DNA of 64,000 nucleotides from Bacteroidia bacterium (GTDB taxonomy: Bacteria > Bacteroidota > Bacteroidia > J057), in assembly GCA_033391075.1 (NCBI GenBank), contig JAWPMV010000004.1:182642-246641 (forward strand), written 5' to 3'. Position 1 is the first letter of the stretch; each line of letters starts with the position of its first letter. Shown here one piece after another: positions 43,865 through 53,877 of this stretch. The translations under genes and the position numbers were made by a program. Under the pieces are notes generated by a model. It was not told where the DNA came from and made no database searches. It was given only the letters and a program-made list of their open reading frames with translations.

Positions 43865-46555
43865 CTAATGTAGCAGGTATAATTTTTTATGTATCACATA
43901 ATTTCCCATTTGTAATTGTAGTAGATAGACCCCATCTGTTTGGGCGGAAAGATCAATTTGATGCTCAATAAAAAGAGTCCTATGCCAGGCTTGCTCTGCG
44001 ATCATTTTCCCTCTCAGGTCAAAAAGCCTCATCTGAATGTCCTCTATTTGATCCAGCTGGAGTTCAATTCGGAAATTTGCATCTGATGGATTAGGGTAAA
44101 CCTTAAGAGATTCTATGGGAGAAAAGGCTTCGCGACCTGTGCTGTTTTGTGTACATAACTCTCGCAATTCTAAGTCATTCAAGGCACATCTATACAAGCT
44201 TAGATCGCTTATCGCACCTTTGAAAAGACGGTTTGGCCTGCCAGTTTCTGCCGTTCCTATCTGAAAATTAGTACTCATATTGGGGAGTACAAATAGAGAA
44301 GCATCTATACTTCCAATGTGGACGCTGTCTACAAAAGCTGCAATGCTATCAGCATCTCTTCTTATTGCAACAGTATACCAGGTATTCAATTGGAAATCAT
44401 AGTCTCCCAGCCAATTCCATCCATTTGAAGGACCTACGATAAAACTTATTCCTTCATCCCCCAACCAAAAAATCCATTTTCGTGTTGTTCCGGGTCCATT
44501 GGAATGTCCCATGAGGTAATATCCTCCATCTGGTCCAAAGGCATCTATCCGTACACAAGCAGTGAAGGTGAATTCGTCGGTTCCGAACGTGAGGGCTGGA
44601 TCATCTGCTACATCAATTCGGTCATTTCCATCAAATAGGTAAGCCGAATTGGGATTGCCGAAATTGTCCTGGGTAAGAGTCGCTCCAAATACCGTCCCAT
44701 CCAGACCGTGAGGACCTCTATCATTTGCATCCCCATTGAAGTCATAATGTACGACCAGACAACTATCCAGATTGTTAGACATGAAAACCGAAATTGTATC
44801 ACTGCCAATACAACCTCCTGATCGAACCGTTACATAATAATCACCGGCTTGATTTACCGTCAAGGTTCTACTGGTATCTCCGGTATTCCATGCATAGCTT
44901 GCCCCTGGATTTTTTGCATCCAACACAATAGAGCCTCCCGGATTAATCACGACATCCGGGCCCAGATTTACAGAGACAGGATTGCCCACCTCTATCCAAA
45001 CGCTGTCCCTGACAATAGAACCAGCAGCATCTGTGACACTTACAGTATAGCGCCTTGATATTCCCGGTGAAGCTGCAGGATTAGGGATGTTCGCAGCATT
45101 CAAATTAGTAGTGGGAGTCCAGCTGTAAGTATATGGAGGAGTACCCCCAGAGACGGTAGGCGAACCCCCAATCTGAACACTTTCTCCTTCACAAATGGCC
45201 TGATCAGGTCCTGCCTCAGCACGAATCTTGAGGGAATTGCTGCAGTCAATGAGCCAGGAACAGGCTGTAGGACCTCCTTCTGCACCCATATCATTACGAG
45301 TATTACCCAAAGAAGGCGGAGAACAAACATCATTGTATTGACTGGCAGGATCACCAGCATCGATGGAAGGGGAACCAGGCACGATTCGCAAGTCATCTGT
45401 ACTAAAGAAGAGGGGATTTAGGGCAATATTTCCAGTCCCGGGAAAAGAGTTCTGAACATTGCTGTAGGTGGTACTTACTGTCCCTTGAATCTGAGCTGTT
45501 GGATGAAAAAATACAATGCTGTTCCGTAAGTTTACGTTACCCGTTCGATTGAAAATACCATCAAAGCTGTTGTAGGCTATGGTGGAATTCGTGATATCCA
45601 GATTACCCGAAAATATGTATATGCCCCCTCCTTTGGCCGAGCTTCCTGCCCATACTCCTCTCCAGTACAAAGAGTCATAGCCAAAGATGCTATTGCTGAT
45701 TTTCCCGTAATTGAGCCCAAGCGTGTATAAAGCCCCTCCATCGTTTACTTCAGCACTCGTATTTGCATGGGCAGCAGTTGCATTCCCATTCAATTCGCAG
45801 GCCTTAAGTTCGAGGCTATCCGCATCTATATAAATTCCCCCTCCATAGCTAAATGAGGATTGAAAAGGATTGCCATTAGTAGAGATGTTATGGTTGTAGC
45901 TAATCTCTGATTTTTCAGCATACAAGCTGCCCGTAGAATAAATTCCCCCGCCGGCTGACCAGACAGAGCTACGCAGCCATTCATTCACATTATATCTTAC
46001 TGCACAATTGAGCAGACGAAGGGAACCTTCATTGTAAACTCCTCCTCCAAATCGACTGCTGCTATAGTTGCCGATTATTTCTGTACAATTCAGGGTCAAC
46101 TGTGAATTTGTCCATACTCCTGCTCCATGATCTGTGCTGCTATTATGTATGATTCTGCAGTTTCGGATAGTTGGAGAAGAATTATTTACCCTAATCCCTC
46201 CTGAAGTTGAACTGTCAATTCTGCAATAGGCCATTTCTGAGGCTGGATTACTAAAATTGAACTGGATCCCTCGCCAACCGCTGATAGAATCCGATTTGGT
46301 AAAATAAATGGAATCCGTAGGGGCTCCCACGGCAGTTAGTATACCCCCCACTTCAAATAGGTAATCTCCCTGAAAAATGACTCTCACACCTGCCTCTATT
46401 GTGAGGCTGGAAACGAAAATATCCCCTGACACGCAATAAGGAGAATTGGCTTTGGTCCATACCTGGTTGATCATGTTGCCAGATACAGGCGAATTCCCGA
46501 AAAGAGGGCTTGAAAGGAAAAGGAAAATGAGAATAAAGGTACTGTTTCTGTTCAT
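43865..46555 (-). CDS. large secreted T9SS cargo: parallel beta-helix repeats + Ig/SprB-like domains + LamG-like domain + T9SS CTD
   Basis: Signal peptide. N-terminal repeats of the GG(G)IY...S.L...N/C type (right-handed beta-helix), then PPYTYSWTP Ig-like modules and a LamG/Laminin_G_3-like block (NSAYLFDGNDRI...). C-terminal LKVYPNPSDANFRIEL...GVYLLQLQ marks the T9SS sorting domain. Confidence 0.8.
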   Translation of the reverse strand: MNRNSTFILIFLFLSSPLFGNSPVSGNMINQVWTKANSPYCVSGDIFVSSLTIEAGVRVIFQGDYLFEVGGILTAVGAPTDSIYFTKSDSISGWRGIQFNFSNPASEMAYCRIDSSTSGGIRVNNSSPTIRNCRIIHNSSTDHGAGVWTNSQLTLNCTEIIGNYSSSRFGGGVYNEGSLRLLNCAVRYNVNEWLRSSVWSAGGGIYSTGSLYAEKSEISYNHNISTNGNPFQSSFSYGGGIYIDADSLELKACELNGNATAAHANTSAEVNDGGALYTLGLNYGKISNSIFGYDSLYWRGVWAGSSAKGGGIYIFSGNLDITNSTIAYNSFDGIFNRTGNVNLRNSIVFFHPTAQIQGTVSTTYSNVQNSFPGTGNIALNPLFFSTDDLRIVPGSPSIDAGDPASQYNDVCSPPSLGNTRNDMGAEGGPTACSWLIDCSNSLKIRAEAGPDQAICEGESVQIGGSPTVSGGTPPYTYSWTPTTNLNAANIPNPAASPGISRRYTVSVTDAAGSIVRDSVWIEVGNPVSVNLGPDVVINPGGSIVLDAKNPGASYAWNTGDTSRTLTVNQAGDYYVTVRSGGCIGSDTISVFMSNNLDSCLVVHYDFNGDANDRGPHGLDGTVFGATLTQDNFGNPNSAYLFDGNDRIDVADDPALTFGTDEFTFTACVRIDAFGPDGGYYLMGHSNGPGTTRKWIFWLGDEGISFIVGPSNGWNWLGDYDFQLNTWYTVAIRRDADSIAAFVDSVHIGSIDASLFVLPNMSTNFQIGTAETGRPNRLFKGAISDLSLYRCALNDLELRELCTQNSTGREAFSPIESLKVYPNPSDANFRIELQLDQIEDIQMRLFDLRGKMIAEQAWHRTLFIEHQIDLSAQTDGVYLLQLQMGNYVIHKKLYLLH

Positions 46556-46791
46556 GGCTAAATGAATTAATGCTTGATGAATAGCTTGTTTATATACCTA
46601 TTACCCTTTTTGCCCAATTATTCGCCTGCTTATCCGAAAAAAATATAGATAAAAATTTAACTACCTGATAAGCAGGGCTTTATAAGAAAAAATTCTTGAA
46701 ATGCGAAAAAATCAGTTTTTCAGGTAATAGGAAATAAAGGAAGGCAACAGAACAGATCTTCAAATATTTACTATTTTGATTTAACTCAAAA

Positions 46792-48438
46792 ATGGACAAA
46801 AACTTCCCGATGTTGGTATCCCCTAAGTTGAGCTGGATAGGATTTTTTTCTCTTCTCTTACTTACTGCTTGTCAAAAAGGAGAGAATTATTCCGAGCATA
46901 AGATCAGTTGGTACATTCAACAGATCGATGAGGCCACTGATTACCAGAAATCATATGAACAAGAATATTTTTACCTGAACCAGCTAGGTGAATTTTGTAA
47001 AAAAGATTCGCGGGACTGTCCTTCTGTGTTATTGGCAAAAGGGATATTACTATTCAAGACGGCTTACTACGACAGTGCCCTTCTCGTACTGGATCGTCAT
47101 CAGGATGCGCTAAGCGAGAGCGGCAGCAATACCTACGAGCGAAGTTTGGGTAATTACTATCGAGCAGCTACTTATACTTTTAAGGGATCCTTTCAAAAAG
47201 CCTTCCCGATTATACAGGCTCTGCTTCGAAAGACAGAAAACAAGAACAATAGAAATGACAGCAGTTTGTATGCGAGCTCATTATTTACCCTGGGGGTAGG
47301 CTACAGCAATCCGGCGGAAGGCAAAATGGATTCTGCTCTTATCTGTTTGAGGAGGGCATCTCATTTTCAAGCTGAAATTTGGGGAGCTAAAAGTGAACAA
47401 TTGGGGAAATCCCTAAATTTTTTGGCACAGGCATTTCTTCTTGTTCAAGCTTGTGATTCTTCAGAATATTATTACCTGAAAGCGATAGATACTTACCAGC
47501 AATTAGCTCAAGAAAAACAGAACGATCTCTGGGTTTCTTACAATGGGTTGGCGAGCGTCATGATTGCTGGCTATTGCAAAAGGAATGATTATGCCCGAGC
47601 GCTGAATCTCTTACATCAGGCAGTATCGATTAGCGACTCTCTGGCGGATAATAATCCCAATAAAGTTGTCCCTTATGCGAGTAGGGGTAGGCTCTATCAG
47701 GCTATTGGTGATTATTACAGTGCAATTGAAAATTATAAACTGGCTTTGTCGGATGATTTGCAACATCCCAATTATCCCATTCTTCTTTCCAATATCGGGG
47801 CGGCATTTGCCTCTATGGAAGATTATCCGCAAGCCATTAGTTATTTTAGGTCTGCCCTTTCTTATCCTAAAGCAGGAGGAGTATTTCGTGCCTTTTGGCT
47901 CAATAATTTGAGTACTGCCTTTATTGGCCTGGGGGAAATTGATTCCGCTAAAATATATGTAAAGAAAGCTGATGCATTCAAAGACATTGTTTCCAGGGTT
48001 TTTCAATCAGAAGCGACCGAATTCCATGCTTTGCTATATACCAATTATGGAGAACTCTATCGAAAATTAGAAGATTACCCCCTCGCAGAAAGCTACTACC
48101 AAAAGGCCCTAAAAGTTCGGCAAGAATCACAGGACGCTAATATTAGCCTGACGTATCAGAAATTAGGCGAAATTTATAGAGTTCAAAAAATGCCGGAACA
48201 AGCCTTTGCTTTTTATCACAAAGGACTTACAAGCATCGGCTTGTCAAAAAGCCAAGTTGCCAAACCGGATCCCCTCAACTTAGATCAGCCTTGGCTTCAA
48301 AGACCCCTCTACCTTCTCCTTAGTTCCCTGGCGAAGAACTGGGAACTGAAATATCAAGAAGAAGCCTCCCTCAGTTCCCTTGAGAAGGCCTACGAGCATT
48401 ACAGCTATAGTCTACAGATCGTAGACAGTATGTTGTAG
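46792..48438 (+). CDS. TPR-repeat lipoprotein (possibly 3'-truncated)
   Basis: Lipoprotein signal (LLLLTACQKG) and many TPR-like A..Y...L repeats. It ends abruptly at ...YSYSLQIVDSML, exactly where a foreign S41 remnant begins in another frame. Confidence 0.7.
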   Translation: MDKNFPMLVSPKLSWIGFFSLLLLTACQKGENYSEHKISWYIQQIDEATDYQKSYEQEYFYLNQLGEFCKKDSRDCPSVLLAKGILLFKTAYYDSALLVLDRHQDALSESGSNTYERSLGNYYRAATYTFKGSFQKAFPIIQALLRKTENKNNRNDSSLYASSLFTLGVGYSNPAEGKMDSALICLRRASHFQAEIWGAKSEQLGKSLNFLAQAFLLVQACDSSEYYYLKAIDTYQQLAQEKQNDLWVSYNGLASVMIAGYCKRNDYARALNLLHQAVSISDSLADNNPNKVVPYASRGRLYQAIGDYYSAIENYKLALSDDLQHPNYPILLSNIGAAFASMEDYPQAISYFRSALSYPKAGGVFRAFWLNNLSTAFIGLGEIDSAKIYVKKADAFKDIVSRVFQSEATEFHALLYTNYGELYRKLEDYPLAESYYQKALKVRQESQDANISLTYQKLGEIYRVQKMPEQAFAFYHKGLTSIGLSKSQVAKPDPLNLDQPWLQRPLYLLLSSLAKNWELKYQEEASLSSLEKAYEHYSYSLQIVDSML

Positions 48439-49196
48439 CCTATCTCATTAGTTATCTTTTCGAGGGGGAACCCATTCATTTGTCTGATTATTACTATAGA
48501 TATCAGGACAGTCGACATGGCATTTATACCAAAAAAGACCTCCCGGGAAAAAGACTTCCCAATATTCCTGTTTATGTATTGGTAAATAGTCGAAGTGCTT
48601 CTGCTGCTGAATCTTTAGCATATATGTTAAAACACCTGAAAAGAGCCACCGTCATTGGAGAAATAACGATGGGCGCAGGAAATGGAGCGATGACCCATAA
48701 AATCAATGATAGATTCTCTGTGACCATTGCTTCTGAAACTACCATAAATGCAGTTACAAAGACCAGTTTTGAACAAGTAGGTGTACTTCCGAATGTGAAA
48801 GTCTCAAGTGAAGAAGCATTTGATACTGGATATCGCCTGGCATTGAATTACTTAAAAGAACATAATAGCAGGAACATAGCCCCTTCGAATTATGAATCTG
48901 TCATTGAATTTCTTCCTGATTCCAAAAGTCAAGCAACAATCGATAGTAGTACCTACAAAAAATATACAGGCACCTATAAAAATGGCCCCATAGAAATCAG
49001 GGTTTCAATGAATGATTCAAATCTATACGCAGAAGTAGTCGGTAGAGGAGGGAAACTTAAATTAATTCCTAAAGGGGATCATAGCTTTCTGGTAGATAAT
49101 TTGAAGGAGAGAATACAGTTTGTCCTGGATGACAATCATGAAATTGTCAAACTGATAGGAATTGATAGTCCTATGGATTTGAATAAGATAAAGTGA
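48411..49196 (+). pseudogene. S41-family (IRBP/tail-specific protease-like) peptidase, C-terminal remnant lacking the N-terminal half
   Basis: The frame is open from 48411 with no ATG; the track uses TTG at 48480. VVAYLISYLFEGEPIHLSDYYYRYQ... and VYVLVNSRSASAAESLAYMLKHLKRATVIGEITMGAG match the distal part of the S41 catalytic domain. The upstream DLR.N.GG-type portion and N-domains are absent. Confidence 0.6.
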
Positions 49197-49498
49197 TCTA
49201 AAAAGAGCAATATGGGAGTGGATAGGAGAGGATGAATCAGCCTCTCATTTTAGGCCCAAAACAAATACTTCTCCAACATCTTTTGAGAAATCCCTCGATG
49301 CTGAGACATTTCTCTAATGCACACACCTTCCCATACGGTTCATTCGCCATTTATCCAGTCCTTTCACCCGAATCTTCTTTTGCAATTTCCTGACAATCTG
49401 CTACTTGGGATTGAATTTTATGTATCACCAGGCATTCATTTTATTCCATATTTTCCCTCTAGCGGAAAGTGAATGCTAAAACTTTTAATCCCAAATTT

Positions 49499-49966
49499 AT
49501 GAGAACCACATTCGCTTTCACTTGTGTCCTCCTTTTCTTGGTCGGAATGGAGGCATACGCGCAGAAACCTGCTCAGAAGGATCATCCCGTGAAAGAACTT
49601 TACCTCTCTACCATCGATGCTTTTAATGAAGGAAATCTGGAATTGTTTTTGGCAAACTTTTCCTCAGACATTCGAATGTATGGAACGGACGGGAACTATG
49701 TCGGGAAACAGGCCTTGAGAGATCGATTTCAGGTGATTTTCAAACAATTTCCCAATAAGAGGATGGAAATTCCTGAGCTGGAAGTTGAAGTATTATCGAA
49801 AGACAATGTCCTGGTCAATTTTAAATGGTCCCTCTACCCCATGGGAAGAGGCCCTTCCTATCGGGGAGTCGGTTCAGGGGTGTACACCTTGAGAAATGGA
49901 AAATGGATCGAGATTCTGGAGGTTGAGACCGTTACAGAAGTCGATAAGGAATTGATGCAAAAATGA
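49499..49966 (+). CDS. secreted SnoaL/DUF4440-like NTF2-fold protein
   Basis: Signal MRTTFAFTCVLLFLVGMEAYAQ, with an NTF2-like pattern (IDAFNEGNLELFLANFS.D........GKWIEI). Confidence 0.65.
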   Translation: MRTTFAFTCVLLFLVGMEAYAQKPAQKDHPVKELYLSTIDAFNEGNLELFLANFSSDIRMYGTDGNYVGKQALRDRFQVIFKQFPNKRMEIPELEVEVLSKDNVLVNFKWSLYPMGRGPSYRGVGSGVYTLRNGKWIEILEVETVTEVDKELMQK

Positions 49967-49970
49967 TCTC

Positions 49971-50007
49971 AGAGAGGCTGTTCCTTCAGGGGCAGTCTCT
50001 TTTTTTA
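49971..50007. terminator. hairpin + T-tract between convergent genes
   Basis: AGAGGCTG / CAGTCTCT stem (one mismatch) followed by TTTTTTT. Confidence 0.45.
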
Positions 50008-50014
50008 CCTAATG

Positions 50015-50842
50015 CTATTCGATCTTTATCAGACTACGGATCGTTGAAGAATAGCTTTTACTACTGGTGATCGCCTTAAGTTCTGGTCGGTCAAATAAAA
50101 TGACATATCGACTATTAAGGTGAGGTTTGATTTGTTTGATGTGGACGGTATTCACAATAAACTTACGGTGGATCCTCATAAACTCCTTGCCGAGTCGTTT
50201 CTCCAGAAAAAGCAATGAATAATCGCAGAGCATTTTATTTCCCTTGAGGTCAAAGACGAAAGAATAATTATCGAAGGCCTCGAAATAGACAATATTTTCA
50301 ACTGAAATGAGCAAGATACTTTCCCCCTGTCTGACCGGTATTTTTGCAATGGGGTAGCCCTCCTCCATCCGGGCTTCTTGCTCCTTTGACATAGATTGAG
50401 GTCTGATTTCTGCTTTGGCTTCTAACGGAAACAACTGATTATTTAGAAAGAAACTCAGCCCCAGCGCCATGGATATGATCCCATTAGTCAGGTAGGTGCT
50501 CCCCGCAGCAAAAGCTCGATAGGCTTCATGTGAAAATATCAGATTCTTGATGATGTTTTCCACTTCGGAGGCCAAAAATCCGATTAAAAAGAATCCCAGA
50601 ATCAAGCTCACATATAATTTCCATTGATCCTGAAAATATTGTTGAAGTCTGCTTTTGTGTGCTGCTATGCTGAGAAGGCTATAGCCGATGAGAAAGCAGG
50701 TAGAAACAGAAAGTATGATCCATTGGAACCAGTTGAACAGACCATGAATGAAATAGTTGGCCGTACCAATGCTAACAGCAATCAGGAAAATATGGGGTAA
50801 ATATCTATTAACTTTTTTTGAAAGGAGCTGGTCGAACTTCAT
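50015..50842 (-). CDS. membrane-anchored LytTR DNA-binding protein (no receiver domain)
   Basis: Four predicted TM helices in the N-terminal half and a C-terminal LytTR domain (YFEAFDNYSFVF..., FMRIHRKFIVN). Confidence 0.8.
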   Translation of the reverse strand: MKFDQLLSKKVNRYLPHIFLIAVSIGTANYFIHGLFNWFQWIILSVSTCFLIGYSLLSIAAHKSRLQQYFQDQWKLYVSLILGFFLIGFLASEVENIIKNLIFSHEAYRAFAAGSTYLTNGIISMALGLSFFLNNQLFPLEAKAEIRPQSMSKEQEARMEEGYPIAKIPVRQGESILLISVENIVYFEAFDNYSFVFDLKGNKMLCDYSLLFLEKRLGKEFMRIHRKFIVNTVHIKQIKPHLNSRYVILFDRPELKAITSSKSYSSTIRSLIKIE

Positions 50843-51003
50843 ACGTTCTCTATCTTATCTAGAGGTCGGGCCTCCAAAGACATGGGTATGATAATACCTT
50901 AAAGGCCCGACATTCAAGTTCTGCTTTTTGCGGATATATTAAAAATCTCCGACTCCTATCTAGAGAAGTTTTAGAAGCTTTTTGGGAAATGGAGAAGACA
51001 CCT

Positions 51004-52557
51004 TTATTCCTCCCGCACAATCTCAATGATTTTCCCATTCTCTTCGCTGGTCAGGATATACAGCCTTCCATCCGGACCCATTTCTGCTTTCCGGAGTCTC
51101 ACATGCTTATCAGTAAAAAGTTCCTCGGCGGATTTGACAGTATTTCCCTCCAAACTCAGCCTCCAAAGACTGCCTCGCGAAAGACCGGGTACAATTAGGT
51201 TTCCTTTCCACTCGGGAAAACTTTCACCTGTATAAAAAACAAGGCCCGTAGGTGCTACCGTTTGCTGCCAATAGTGAATGGGATCTGTATAAACAGGATT
51301 TTCTAAAGAAGGAGGTTCATAGCCTTTGGAGCGAAGTCTTCCTGACGTAACATTTGGCCAACCGTAATTGGCACCTGCTTGTAAGAGATTGATTTCATCT
51401 CCCTGTATGGTTCCGTGTTCACTGAACCACAATTCTCCTGTTTCCGGATGCATAGTGATTCCCTGAGCTGCTCGAATTCCAAATGCATATAGACCCTTTA
51501 CGGCATCTGGTCCAAAGTCCGGGTTATCCTCGGGTATACTTCCATCAGGATTGAGGCGATAAATTTTCCCACGTTCATCGCTTACATCCTGAGCTATGGG
51601 CAATCCTTTGGCCAAATGTTCATAGAACAACCTTTCGCCCGCCGTAATATAGAGTTTGCCATCCTTCCCAAAACACATGCCGCCTCCAAAATGATAAACA
51701 CCTGGCACATAAGGGCCGGGATTAAGCAAAGTCTCAATTTGTGTCAATCGGTCATTTTTCAAAATGGCTCGTATTACTTTGAGCGCATATCGGTCGCCTT
51801 TTTCTGCTACATAAGAAACATAGATCCGACGATTCTCTTTAAAGGCCGGATCAAGGAGTACCTCCAATATGCCCGCATTCGCCCGGATGATCTTACCATC
51901 TTCACTGCTCGGATAGGTTCCCTGCGGATATTTACTCACATCCAGCAAAAGATCGGTAAATAAGTCTTTGGGAAAGCCCTTGATGATCCGCTTTTCCTTT
52001 GTTTTCAGATTGATCCGTAGCAGCTCTCCGTTTTTCTCTGCCAGGATCACTTCATTGGCATCAATGAAATCCATGCTCCAGGGTTTCTTCAAGCCTTCCA
52101 TGAGCACTTTTTGCCTTGGTCCTTTATAGGAAGATGCCGTTGAGTAACGCGTCGCTGTTTTGCTAATAATCTTCCACTCCTCCTCTATTTTTTTCAGCAG
52201 AATGAGGTCGATAAATCTAGCTTCTATAGAAGGAATCAAAACTTCGATTTCTGCTTGTGCTATGTTATTGAAGATTTCGACAGAAAGTAACTTGCTTGTT
52301 CTCCCACTGAATTCCCCTTTTGGGCGGCTTTCAAATAAAGCGGCATATTTATCAGGACTAGTGATCCAGACTTCTCCTCTTCGGTCCAGATATAAGGTCG
52401 CCGAATCTACAAAAGCCCGCCGGATTTGATCGGGATAATTATAGGAAGTGCCGACCATATAATCATTGAGGGGAATTTCGACCTTGTCTCTTTCTGTTTG
52501 GCTAAAGGAATAACTAAAGAGGATCGAGAAAAGTAAACTGACTAAGATTTCCTTCAT
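51004..52557 (-). CDS. PQQ-dependent sugar (glucose/sorbosone) dehydrogenase-like beta-propeller with N-terminal NTF2-like domain
   Basis: The propeller region has PWSMDF, HFGGGMCFGKDGKLYI, GKIYRLNPDGSIP.DNPF, GIRAAQGITMHPETGELW.SEHG and GANYGWP. The N-terminal ~130 aa is NTF2/lumazine-binding-like (EWKIISK end). Confidence 0.85.
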   Translation of the reverse strand: MKEILVSLLFSILFSYSFSQTERDKVEIPLNDYMVGTSYNYPDQIRRAFVDSATLYLDRRGEVWITSPDKYAALFESRPKGEFSGRTSKLLSVEIFNNIAQAEIEVLIPSIEARFIDLILLKKIEEEWKIISKTATRYSTASSYKGPRQKVLMEGLKKPWSMDFIDANEVILAEKNGELLRINLKTKEKRIIKGFPKDLFTDLLLDVSKYPQGTYPSSEDGKIIRANAGILEVLLDPAFKENRRIYVSYVAEKGDRYALKVIRAILKNDRLTQIETLLNPGPYVPGVYHFGGGMCFGKDGKLYITAGERLFYEHLAKGLPIAQDVSDERGKIYRLNPDGSIPEDNPDFGPDAVKGLYAFGIRAAQGITMHPETGELWFSEHGTIQGDEINLLQAGANYGWPNVTSGRLRSKGYEPPSLENPVYTDPIHYWQQTVAPTGLVFYTGESFPEWKGNLIVPGLSRGSLWRLSLEGNTVKSAEELFTDKHVRLRKAEMGPDGRLYILTSEENGKIIEIVREE

Positions 52558-52649
52558 TGCTGTGATTTTTCTCCAAGACTAGGAGAATTTTCCCAGAAAA
52601 CAGGCCTAATTCTCTCTTATTTTGTCTGAATCTATAATTCCAAACAAAA

Positions 52650-53708
52650 TCAGGTCAGTTTCAGACCTTTGGAGAATTGAGAGGGAGTGCTACCTTTTAG
52701 TTTTTTAAAAGCAGCATAGAAAGAAGAACGGGAACGAAAACCTACCATATTACCAATCCCTTCGACGGTGTATTTATGTTCTTCCTGTAAAAGTTTACAA
52801 GCAGCTTCCACCCGATGCTCATTCACATAATCCGAGAAGCTCTTTTGCATATGCTCATTGAGAAATTGTGAAAGGGTGTGAGGGGAAAGAGAAAGTCTTT
52901 GTGCGAGTTGTTCGAGTTTTAGGTCTTCCTGGACATACAATTTCTCCTCTTCCATCAACTGCATGAGCCCATCTTCGATTTGATCTAATTGATTGCTGGC
53001 AATCCTCTTCTTTTGATAGGACTTTCTCTCTCCTTTGACGATCTCCTGACTTTTGGGGAAGAATAGCAAGAAGCCCAATAGAATATAAAAGACAAAAGAA
53101 AAGGTAATAGGACCAAAAATGTAGGTAGGAAAACCCAGGTACAAGATGGAATTGAAAACCAAACAAATGAGAAGATTGGTGAAAAATACGATCAGGAGCC
53201 ATTTCTCTGCTAGCTCTAAAGGATTATCCTGACTAAAGATTTTTTGGATTAGCCTCCGGAGCTCATAAGCTGATGCCAGAACAAATAATACCCATATCGC
53301 ATAGATGCCCTGGGTGATTTCCGGATTCCAGTATTCCGGTTTTGTTTCATAAGGAAAAAGCATTCCTATGCATAAAATCCCTCCGAATAAAATCAGAAGT
53401 ACTAGCCGAACTTCTTTCCTGACTTTTTCCTCTCCCTTTAGTACACTCTTTAAGTAGAAATAGAGAAAAGGACCGATAAACGCACAAGCAGAAAGTCCTA
53501 TTTGCAAAACAGTTTTCGAAAGACTGTTATCAAAGTAATACCAAACTGACTTTCCAATACGGAGACTTAGCATCAGAATCATCAGGCCGAAATACCGATT
53601 CTGGATACGGGAGGGTTTGGCAATAAAGAGAAAATAGCAACTCATCAGGAAGCCATTGAAAACTCCTAATGCGCTGAAGAAAAACAGTAGTTGAAGACCA
53701 AGATCCAT
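52650..53708 (-). CDS. membrane-embedded AraC-family regulator
   Basis: About 6 TM helices followed by an AraC HTH (LEQLAQRLSLSPHTLSQFLNEH...VGFRSRSSFYAAFKKLKGSTP). It is divergent from the GH3 gene. Confidence 0.8.
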   Translation of the reverse strand: MDLGLQLLFFFSALGVFNGFLMSCYFLFIAKPSRIQNRYFGLMILMLSLRIGKSVWYYFDNSLSKTVLQIGLSACAFIGPFLYFYLKSVLKGEEKVRKEVRLVLLILFGGILCIGMLFPYETKPEYWNPEITQGIYAIWVLFVLASAYELRRLIQKIFSQDNPLELAEKWLLIVFFTNLLICLVFNSILYLGFPTYIFGPITFSFVFYILLGFLLFFPKSQEIVKGERKSYQKKRIASNQLDQIEDGLMQLMEEEKLYVQEDLKLEQLAQRLSLSPHTLSQFLNEHMQKSFSDYVNEHRVEAACKLLQEEHKYTVEGIGNMVGFRSRSSFYAAFKKLKGSTPSQFSKGLKLT

Positions 53709-53877
53709 AAGTGCGAATGTGGAGATAGCCGGGAAGATACTATGTACAAATAGACGAAAAATTTAGCGGGAAAGTTTGGGCTTAGCTGAAAACAGTTGTG
53801 AGGCTCTATTCTACTCTAAACACTTGGGCAATGGATAATTGCTGGCTATCTTGAGTAAATCCCATATTTTACCCCAA

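Noticed and set aside
49197-49468. Possible remnant of an XRE-type HTH gene on the minus strand (…IREMSQHRGISQKMLEKYLFWA*) in the 270-nt gap after the S41 remnant.
   Set aside because: Only ~25 codons are open, preceded by an in-frame stop, and the similarity is impressionistic. I mention it only because the neighbouring genes look decayed.
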